From positions 209,250,001 to 209,314,000 of the forward strand of contig OZ024741.1 of the NCBI GenBank assembly GCA_964016885.1: DNA of 64,000 nt. The letters run 5' to 3'. Below, one piece after another: positions 1 to 10,050 of this stretch. Positions within the stretch are counted from its first letter, which is position 1; each line of letters begins with the position of its first letter. Origin of the DNA: Eledone cirrhosa (taxonomy: Eukaryota). A program made the position numbers and the translations under genes. A model generated the notes under the pieces. That model did no database searches. It saw only the letters and a program-made list of their open reading frames with translations, and was not told the DNA's origin.

Positions 1-192
1 ACCCCAACTTAACTTAACCGCAACCTAACTTAACCCCAACTTAACTTAACCGCAACTTAACTTAACCCCAACCTAACTTAACTCCAACTTAACTTAACCG
101 CAACTTAACTTAACCGCAACCTAACTTAACCCCAACTTAATTTAACCGCAACTTAACTTAACCGCAACTTAGCTTAACCCCAACCCTTGGTG

Positions 193-451
193 GGATCGAT
201 CTGTAATTAATGGTACATGTGCAGACACTCATTGGCTGTGTGTGGCCTGATTTTCAGAAAGATATCTCCGTAAAATAACGAGTGGTGGCTGCGTAAAATA
301 ATGAATTACGCACGAAAATGAGAAAATTTCGATTCTCGATCGTGGGCCGGCCGGATGTCGGATCGATTCGTAAATACAAGGATAATGTGCGGACACTCCT
401 TGGCTGTGTGCGGCATGATTTTCAGGACGATATCTCCGTAAAATCAAGAGT
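193..451 (+). repeat. Internal diverged direct repeat in the core: copy A 193-283 and copy B 360-451 (~83% identity, offset 167 bp)
   Basis: A ggatcgatctgtaattactggtacatgtgcagacactcattggctgtgtgtggcctgattttcagaaagatatctccgtaaaataacgagt versus B ggatcgattcgtaaatacaaggataatgtgcggacactccttggctgtgtgcggcatgattttcaggacgatatctccgtaaaatcaagagt. Manual alignment of the consensus gives 16 differences in 92 columns. Confidence 0.95.
290..354. repeat. Inverted-repeat cluster in the spacer between A and B
   Basis: tgcgtaa (290-296) / ttacgca (306-312); cacga (311-315) / tcgtg (340-344) enclosing gagaa (320-324) / ttctc (333-337); overlapping palindromes ggccggcc (345-352) and ccggccgg (347-354). Confidence 0.85.
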
Positions 452-455
452 TGAT

Positions 456-704
456 AACCCCAACTTAACTTAACCCCAACTTAACTTAACCGCAACTTAA
501 CTTAACCGCAACCTAACTTAACCCCAACTTAACTTAACCGCAACCTAACTTAACCCCAACTTAACTTAACCGCAACTTAACTTAACCCCAACCTAACTTA
601 ACCCCAACTTAACTTAACCGCAACTTAACTTAACCGCAACCTAACTTAACCCCAACTTAACTTAACCGCAACTTAACTTAACCGCAACTTAGCTTAACCC
701 CAAC
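456..704 (+). repeat. Telomere-like 16-bp minisatellite tract AACC(C/G)CAAC(T/C)TAACTT, present in every monomer (6 to ~26 units)
   Basis: The unit is a hexamer (AACCCC or AACCGC) plus two pentamers (AACTT or AACCT, then AACTT). AACCT is the C-strand of arthropod TTAGG. CCCCAACCTAA at 586-596 is the reverse complement of TTAGGTTGGGG. The + strand is almost G-free. Confidence 0.95.
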
Positions 705-975
705 CCTTGGTGGGATCGATCTGTAATTACTGGTACATGTGCAGACACTCATTGGCTGTGTGTGGCCTGATTTTCAGAAAGATATCTCCTTAAAATAACG
801 AGTGGTGGCTGCGTAAAATAATGAATTACGCACGAAAATGAGAAAATTTCTATTCTCGATCCTGGGCCGGCCGGATGTCGGATCGATTCGTAAATACAAG
901 GATAATGTGCGGACACTCCTTGGCTGTGTGCGGCATGATTTTCAGGACGATATCTCCGTAAAATCAAGAGTTGAT
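456..975 (+). repeat. Representative 520-bp monomer = 15 x 16-bp minisatellite (456-695) + 9-bp partial unit (696-704) + 271-bp core (705-975)
   Basis: Read directly: the tract starts after ttgat (455), the last full unit is aaccgcaacttagctt (680-695), and the next tract starts at 976. Confidence 0.97.
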
Positions 976-3900
976 AACCCCAACTTAACTTAACCCCAAC
1001 TTAACTTAACCGCAACTTAACTTAACCGCAACCTAACTTAACCCCAACTTAACTTAAACGCAACCTAACTTAACCCCAACTTAACTTAACCGCAACTTAA
1101 CTTAACCCCAACCTAACTTAACCCCAACTTAACTTAACCGCAACTTAACTTAACCGCAACCTAACTTAACCCCAACTTAACTTAACCGCAACTTAACTTA
1201 ACCGCAACTTAGCTTAACCCCAACCCTTGGTGGGATCGATCTGTAATTACTGGTACATGTGCAGACACTCATTGGCTGTGTGTGGCCTGATTTTCAGAAA
1301 GATATCTCCGTAAAATAACGAATGGTGGCTGCGTAAAATAATGAATTACGCACGAAAATGAGAAAATTTCGATTCTCGATCGTGGGCCGGCCGGATGTCG
1401 GATCGATTCGTAAATACAAGGATAATGTGCGGACACTCCTTGGCTGTGTGCCGCATGATTTTCAGGACGATATCTCCGTAAAATCAAGAGTTGATAACCC
1501 CAACTTAACTTAACCCCAACTTAACTTAACCGCAACTTAACTTAACCGCAACCTAACTTAACCCCAACTTAACTTAACCGCAACCTAACTTAACCCCAAC
1601 TTAACTTAACCGCAACTTAACTTAACCCCAACCTAACTTAACCCCAACTTAACTTAACCGCAACTTAACTTAACCGCAACCTAACTTAACCCCAACTTAA
1701 CTTAACCGCAACTTAACTTAACCGCAACTTAGCTTAACCCCAACCCTTGGTGGGATCGATCTGTAATTACTGGTACATGTGCAGACACTCATTGGCTGTG
1801 TGTGGCCTGATTTTCAGATAGATATCTCCGTAAAATAACGAGTGGTGGCTGCGTAAAATAATGAATTACGCACGAAAATGAGAAAATTTCGATTCTCGAT
1901 CGTGGGCCGGCCGGATGTCGGATCGATTCGTAAATACAAGGATAATGTGCGGACACTCATTGGCTGTGTGCGGCATGATTTTCAGGACGATATCTCCGTA
2001 AAATCAAGAGTTGATAACCCCAACTTAACTTAACCCCAACTTAACTTAACCGCAACTTAACTTAACCGCAACTTAACTTAACCGCAACCTAACTTAACCC
2101 CAACTTAACTTAACCGCAACCTAACTTAACCCCAACTTAACTTAACCCCAACCTAACTTAACCCCAACTTAACTTAACCGCAACTTAACTTAACCGCAAC
2201 CTAACTTAACCCCAAGTTAACTTAACCGCAACTTAACTTAACCGCAACTTAGCTTAACCCCAACCCTTAGTGGGATCGATCTGTAATTACTGGTACATGT
2301 GCAGACACTCATTGGCTGTGTGTGGCCTGATTTTCAGAAAGATATCTCCGTAAAATAACGAGTGGTGGCTGCGTAAAATAATGAATTACGCACGAAAATG
2401 AGAAAATTTCGATTCTCGATCGTGGGCCGGCTGGTTGTCGGATCGATTCGTAAATACAAGGATAATGTGCGGACACTCCTTGCCTGTGTGCCGCATGATT
2501 TTCAGGACGATATCTCCGTAAAATCAAGAGTTGATAACCCCAACTTAACTTAATCCCAACTTAACTTAACCCCAACTTAACTTAACCCCAACTTAACTTA
2601 ACCGCAACTTAACTTAACCGCAACCTAACTTAACCCCAACTTAACTTAACCGCAACCTAACTTAACCACAACTTAACTTAACCGCAACTTAACTTAACCC
2701 CAACCTAACTTAACCCCAACTTAACTTAACCGCAACTTAACTTAACCCCAACCTAACTTAACCCCAACTTAACTTAACCGCAACTTAACTTAACCGCAAC
2801 TTAGCTTAACCCCAACCCTTGGTGGGATCGATCTGTAATTACTGGTACATGTGCAGACACTCATTGGCTGTATGTGGCCTGATTTTCAGAAAGATATCTC
2901 CGTAAAATAACGAGTGGTGGCTGCGTAAAATAATGAATTACACACGAAAATGAGAAAATTTCGATTCTCGATCGTGGGCCGGCCGGATGTCGGATCGATT
3001 CGTAAATACAAGGATAATGTGCGGACACTCCTTGGCTGTGTGCGGCATGATTTTCAGGACGATATCTCCGTAAAATCAAGAGTTGATAACCCCAACTTAA
3101 CTTAACCCCAACTTAACTTAACCGCAACTTAACTTAACCGCAACCTAACTTAACCCCAACTTAACTTAACCGCAACCTAACTTAACCCCAACTTAACTTA
3201 ACCGCAACTTAACTTAACCCCAACCTAACTTAACTCCAACTTAACTTAACCGCAACTTAACTTAACCGCAACCTAACTTAACCCCAACTTAATTTAACCG
3301 CAACTTAACTTAACCGCAACTTAGCTTAACCCCAACCCTTGGTGGGATCGATCTGTAATTACTGGTACATGTGCAGACACTCATTGGCTGTGTGTGGCCT
3401 GATTTTCAGAAAGATATCTCCGTAAAATAACGAGTGGTGGCTGCGTAAAATAATGAATTACGCACGAAAATGAGAAAATTTCGATTCTCGATCGTGGGCC
3501 GGCCGGATGTCGGATCGATTCGTAAATACAAGGATAATGTGCGGACACTCCTTGGCTGTGTGCGGCATGATTTTCAGGACGATATATTCTTAAAATCAAG
3601 AGTTGATAACCCCAACTTAACTTAACCCCAACTTAACTTAACCGCAACTTAACTTAACCGCAACCTAACTTAACCCCAACTTAACTTAACCGCAACCTAA
3701 CTTAACCCCAACTTAACTTAACCGCAACTTAACTTAACCCCAACCTAACTTAACCCCAACTTAACTTAACCGCAACTTAACTTAACCGCAACCTAACTTA
3801 ACCCCAACTTAACTTAACCGCAACTTAACTTAACCGCAACTTAGCTTAACCCCAACCCTTGGTGGGATCGATCTGTAATTACTGGTACATGTGCAGACAC

Positions 3901-4999
3901 TCATTGGCTGTGTGTGGCCTGATTTTCAGAAAGATATCTCCGTAAAATAACGAGTGGTGGCTGCGTAAAATAATGAATTACGCACGAAAATGAGAAAATT
4001 TCGATTCTCGATCGTGGGCCGGCCGGATGTCGCATCGATTCGTAAATAGAAGGATAATGTGCGGACACTCCTTGGCTGTGTGCGGCATGATTTTCAGGAC
4101 GATATTTCCGTAAAATCAAGAGTTGATAACCCCAACTTAACTTAACCCCAACTTAACTTAACCCCAACTTAACTTAACCGCAACCTAACTCAACCCCAAC
4201 TTAACTTAACCGCAACCTAACTTAACCCCAACTTAACTTAACCGCAACTTAACTTAACCGCAACCTAACTTAACCCCAACTTAACTTAACCGCAACTTAA
4301 CTTAACCGCAACCTAACTTAACCCCAACTTAACTTAACCGCAACTTAACTTAACCGCAACTTAGCTTAACCCCAACCCTTGGTGGGATCGATCTGTAATT
4401 ACTGGTACATGTGCAGACACTCATTGGCTGTGTGTGGCCTGATTTTCAGATAGATATCTCCGTAAAATAACGAGTGGTGGCTGCGTAAAATAATGAATTA
4501 CGCACGAAAATGAGAAAATTTCGATTCTCGATCGTGGGCCGGCCGGATGTCGGATCGATTCGTAAATACAAGGATAATGTGCGGACACTCCTTGGCTGTG
4601 TGCGGCATGATTTTCAGGACGATATCTCCGTAAAATCAAGAGTTGATAACCCCAACTTAACTTAACCCCAACTTAACTTAACCGCAACTTAACTTAACCG
4701 CAACCTAACTTAACCCCAACTTAACTTAACCGCAACCTAACTTAACCCCAACTTAACTTAACCGCAACTTAACTTAACCCCAACCTAACTTAACCCCAAC
4801 TTAACTTAACCGCAACTTAACTTAACCGCAACCTAACTTAACCCCAACTTAACTTAACCGCAACTTAACTTAACCGCAACTTAGCTTAACCCCAACCCTT
4901 GGTGGGATCGATCTGTAATTACTGGTACATGTGCAGACACTCATTGGCTGTGTGTGGCCTGATTTTCAGATAGATATCTCCGTAAAATAACGAGTGGTG

Positions 5000-7900
5000 G
5001 CTGCGTAAAATAATGAATTACGCACGAAAATGAGAAAATTTCGATTCTCGATCGTGGGCCGGCCGGATGTCGGATCGATTCGTAAATGCAAGGATAATGT
5101 GCGGACACTCCTTGGCTGTGTGCGGCATGATTTTCAGGACGATATCTCCGTAAAATCAAGAGTTGATAACCCCAACTTAACTTAACCCCAACTTAACTTA
5201 ACCGCAACTTAACTTAACCGCAACTTAACTTAACCGCAACCTAACTTAACCCCAACTTAACTTAACCGCAACCTAACTTAACCCCAACTTAACTTAACCC
5301 CAACCTAACTTAACCCCAACTTAACTTAACCGCAACCTAACTTAACCCCAACTTAACTTAACCGCAACTTAACTTAACCGCAACTTAGCTTAACCCCAAC
5401 CCTTAGTGGGATCGATCTGTAATTACTGGTACATGTGCAGACACTCATTGGCTGTGTGTGGCCTGATTTTCAGAAAGATATCTCCGTAAAATAACGAGTG
5501 GTGGCTGCGTAAAATAATGAATTACGCACGAAAATGAGAAAATTTCGATTCTCGATCGTGGGCCGGCTGTTTGTCGGATCGATTCGTAAATACAAGGATA
5601 ATGTGCGGACACTCCTTGCCTGTGTGCCGCATGATTTTCAGGACGATATCTCCGTAAAATCAAGAGTTGATAACCCCAACTTAACTTAACCCCAACTTAA
5701 CTTAACCGCAACTTAACTTAACCGCAACCTAACTTAACCCCAACTTAACTTAACCGCAACCTAACTTAACCCCAACTTAACTTAACCGCAACTTAACTTA
5801 ACCCCAACCTAACTTAACCCCAACTTAACTTAACCGCAACTTAACTTAACCGCAACCTAACTTAACCCCAGCTTAACTTAACCGCAACTTAACTTAACCC
5901 CAACTTAGCTTAACCCCAACCCTTGGTGGGATCGATCTGTAATTACTGGTACATGTGCAGACACTCATTGGCGGTGTGTGGCCTGATTTTCAGAAAGATA
6001 TCTCCGTAAAATAACGAGTGTGATGGCTGCGTAAAATAATGAATTACGCACGAAAATGAGAAAATTTCGATTCTCGATCGTGGGCCGGCCGGATGTCGCA
6101 TCGATTCGTAAATAGAAGGATAATGTGCGGACACTCCTTGGCTGTGTGCGGCATGATTTTCAGGACGATATTTCCGTAAAATCAAGAGTTGATAACCCCA
6201 ACTTAACTTAACCCCAACTTAACTTAACCCCAACTTAACTTAACCCCAACTTAACTTAACCGCAACTTAACTTAACCGCAACCTCACTTAACCCCAACTT
6301 AACTTAACCGCAACCTAACTTAACCACAACTTAACTTAACCGCAACTTAACTTAACCCCAACCTAACTTAACCCCAACTTAACTTAACCGCAACTTAACT
6401 TAACCGCAACCTAACTTAACCCCAACTTAACTTAACCGCAACTTAACTTAACCGCAACTTAGCTTAACCCCAACCCTTGGTGGGATCGATCTGTAATTAC
6501 TGGTACATGTGCAGACACTCATTGGCTGTGTGTGGCCTGATTTTCAGAAAGATATCTCCGTAAAATAACGAGTGGTGGCTGCGTAAAATAATGAATTACA
6601 CACGAAAATGAGAAAATTTCGATTCTCGATCGTGGGCCGGCCGGATGTCGGATCGATTCGTAAATACAAGGATAATGTGCGGACACTCCTTGGCTGTGTG
6701 CGGCATGATTTTCAGGACGATATCTCCGTAAAATCAAGAGTTGATAACCCCAACTTAACTTAACCCCAACTTAACTTAACCGCAACTTAACTTAACCGCA
6801 ACCTAACTTAACCCCAACTTAACTTAACCGCAACCTAACTTAACCCCAACTTAACTTAACCGCAACTTAACTTAACCGCAACTTAGCTTAACCCCAACCC
6901 TTGGTGGGATCGATCTGTAATTACTGGTACATGTGCAGACACTGATTGGCTGTGTGTGGCCTGATTTTCAGAAAGATATCTCCGTAAAATAACGAGTGGT
7001 GGCTGCGTAAAATAATGAATTACGCACGAAAATGAGAAAATTTCGATTCTCGATCGTGGGCCGGCCGGATGTCTGATCGATTCGTAAATACAAACAAGGA
7101 TAATGTGCGGACACTCCTTGGCTGTGTGCGGCATGATTTTCAGGACGATATCTCCGTAAAATCAAGAGTTGATAACCCCAACTTAACTTAACCCCAACTT
7201 AACTTAACCGCAACTTAACTTAACCGCAACCTAACTTAACCCCAACTTAACTTAACCGCAACCTAACTTAACCCCAACTTAACTTAACCGCAACTTAACT
7301 TAACCCCAACCTAACTTAACCCCAACTTAACTTAACCGCAACTTAACTTAACCGCAACCTAACTTAACCCCAACTTAACTTAACCGCAACTTAACTTAAC
7401 CGCAACTTAGCTTAACCCCAACCCTTGGTGGGATCGATCTGTAATTACTGGTACATGTGCAGACACTCATTGGCTGTGTGTGGCCTGATTTTCAGAAAGA
7501 TATCTCCGTAAAATAACGAGTGGTGGCTGCGTAAAATAATGAATTACGCACGAAAATGAGAAAATTTCGATTCTCGATCGTGGGCCGGCCGGATGTCGGA
7601 TCGATTCGTAAATGCAAGGATAATGTGCGGACACTCCTTGGCTGTGTGCGGCATGATTTTCAGGACGATATCTCCGTAAAATCAAGAGTTGATAACCCCA
7701 ACTTAACTTAACCCCAACTTAACTTAACCGCAACTTAACTTAACCGCAACTTAACTTAACCGCAACCTAACTTAACCCCAACTTAACTTAACCGCAACCT
7801 AACTTAACCCCAACTTAACTTAACCCCAACCTAACTTAACCCCAACTTAACTTAACCGCAACCTAACTTAACCCCAACTTAACTTAACCGCAACTTAACT

Positions 7901-10050
7901 TAACCGCAACTTAGCTTAACCCCAACCCTTAGTGGGATCGATCTGTAATTACTGGTACATGTGCAGACACTCATTGGCTGTGTGTGGCCTGATTTTCAGA
8001 AAGATATCTCCGTAAAATAACGAGTGGTGGCTGCGTAAAATAATGAATTACGCACGAAAATGAGAAAATTTCGATTCTCGATCGTGGGCCGGCTGTTTGT
8101 CGGATCGATTCGTAAATACAAGGATAATGTGCGGACACTCCTTGCCTGTGTGCCGCATGATTTTAAGGACGATATCTCCGTAAAATCAAGAGTTGATAAC
8201 CCCAACTTAACTTAACCCCAACTTAACTTAACCGCAACTTAACTTAACCGCAACCTAACTTAACCCCAACTTAACTTAACCGCAACCTAACTTAACCCCA
8301 ACTTAACTTAACCGCAACTTAACTTAACCCCAACCTAACTTAACCCCAACTTAACTTAACCGCAACTTAACTTAACCGCAACCTAACTTAACCCCAGCTT
8401 AACTTAACCGCAACTTAACTTAACCCCAACTTAGCTTAACCCCAACCCTTGGTGGGATCGATCTGTAATTACTGGTACATGTGCAGACACTCATTGGCGG
8501 TGTGTGGCCTGATTTTCAGAAAGATATCTCCGTAAAATAACGAGTGTGATGGCTGCGTAAAATAATGAATTACGCACGAAAATGAGAAAATTTCGATTCT
8601 CGATCGTGGGCCGGCCGGATGTCGCATCGATTCGTAAATAGAAGGATAATGTGCGGACACTCCTTGGCTGTGTGCGGCATGATTTTCAGGACGATATTTC
8701 CGTAAAATCAAGAGTTGATAACCCCAACTTAACTTAACCCCAACTTAACTTAACCCCAACTTAACTTAACCCCAACTTAACTTAACCGCAACTTAACTTA
8801 ACCGCAACCTCACTTAACCCCAACTTAACTTAACCGCAACCTAACTTAACCACAACTTAACTTAACCGCAACTTAACTTAACCCCAACCTAACTTAACCC
8901 CAACTTAACTTAACCGCAACTTAACTTAACCGCAACCTAACTTAACCCCAACTTAACTTAACCGCAACTTAACTTAACCGCAACTTAGCTTAACCCCAAC
9001 CCTTGGTGGGATCGATCTGTAATTACTGGTACATGTGCAGACACTCATTGGCTGTGTGTGGCCTGATTTTCAGAAAGATATCTCCGTAAAATAACGAGTG
9101 GTGGCTGCGTAAAATAATGAATTACACACGAAAATGAGAAAATTTCGATTCTCGATCGTGGGCCGGCCGGATGTCGGATCGATTCGTAAATACAAGGATA
9201 ATGTGCGGACACTCCTTGGCTGTGTGCGGCATGATTTTCAGGACGATATCTCCGTAAAATCAAGAGTTGATAACCCCAACTTAACTTAACCCCAACTTAA
9301 CTTAACCGCAACTTAACTTAACCGCAACCTAACTTAACCCCAACTTAACTTAACCGCAACCTAACTTAACCCCAACTTAACTTAACCGCAACTTAACTTA
9401 ACCGCAACTTAGCTTAACCCCAACCCTTGGTGGGATCGATCTGTAATTACTGGTACATGTGCAGACACTGATTGGCTGTGTGTGGCCTGATTTTCAGAAA
9501 GATATCTCCGTAAAATAACGAGTGGTGGCTGCGTAAAATAATGAATTACGCACGAAAATGAGAAAATTTCGATTCTCGATCGTGGGCCGGCCGGATGTCT
9601 GATCGATTCGTAAATACAAACAAGGATAATGTGCGGACACTCCTTGGCTGTGTGCGGCATGATTTTCAGGACGATATCTCCGTAAAATCAAGAGTTGATA
9701 ACCCCAACTTAACTTAACCCCAACTTAACTTAACCGCAACTTAACTTAACCGCAACCTAACTTAACCCCAACTTAACTTAACCGCAACCTAACTTAACCC
9801 CAACTTAACTTAACCGCAACTTAACTTAACCCCAACCTAACTTAACCCCAACTTAACTTAACCGCAACTTAACTTAACCGCAACCTAACTTAACCCCAAC
9901 TTAACTTAACCGCAACTTAACTTAACCGCAACTTAGCTTAACCCCAACCCTTGGTGGGATCGATCTGTAATTACTGGTACATGTGCAGACACTCATTGGC
10001 TGTGTGTGGCCTGATTTTCAGAAAGATATCTCCGTAAAATAACGAGTGGT
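5000..10050 (+). repeat. Tandem duplication of a 5-monomer block, period 2526 bp (ends approximate)
   Basis: Diagnostic variants recur at +2526: tgcaagg, ctgtttg, +2-bp gtgtgatgg, ctcactt and +4-bp tacaaacaagg. ORF ends 5159/7685, 6185/8711, 6737/9263, 7165/9691. Confidence 0.9.

Larger units (their letters stand above)
185..455 (+). repeat. 271-bp non-coding satellite core (first copy), ~45% GC, 18 CpG
   Basis: Near-identical in all ~124 copies, with only a few SNPs and 1-6 bp indels. Hand count of the consensus gives 49 C and 72 G in 271 bp. Confidence 0.95.

Noticed and set aside
170-200. Kinetoplast minicircle conserved block (GGGGTTGGTGTA) or herpesvirus TTAGGG telomeric repeats
   Set aside because: The exact 12-mer is absent, and TTAGGG occurs only as a rare point variant (aaccctaa).
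320-385. CENP-B box, or Drosophila DRE (TATCGATA) / BEAF cluster
   Set aside because: The TTCG sites are not followed by NNNNANNCGGG on either strand. The ATCGAT sites lack the flanking T/A of a DRE, and only one CGATA occurs per monomer.
229-447. Repeated 72-aa minus-strand ORF (MILRRYRPENH...) and its 60-86 aa variants as a multicopy gene
   Set aside because: It starts at TTG rather than ATG and has no recognisable domain. Its internal ILRRY..EN..HSQ repeat just mirrors the A/B DNA duplication. Many copies carry stops or frameshifts (~1959, 6021, 7091, 19788, 34481, 50783, 63263), which were then amplified, showing no sign of coding constraint.
185-455. Tandem RNA gene cluster (5S rRNA, tRNA, snRNA, spliced leader) or rDNA spacer
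   Set aside because: I recognise no 5S, tRNA cloverleaf with A/B boxes, Sm site or SL sequence on either strand. An Infernal/Rfam scan would be the decisive test.
160-455. Telomerase RNA gene (template-like taaccccaacc next to a structured 271-bp region)
   Set aside because: No type-3 Pol III promoter is recognisable, internal TTTT runs occur on the + strand, the template-like bases are simply the end of the tract, and >100 tandem copies would be atypical.
456-704. Functional telomerase-made telomere
   Set aside because: Tracts are short, regularly interrupted by the core, mostly TTAAG rather than TTAGG, and have a fixed inherited variant order.
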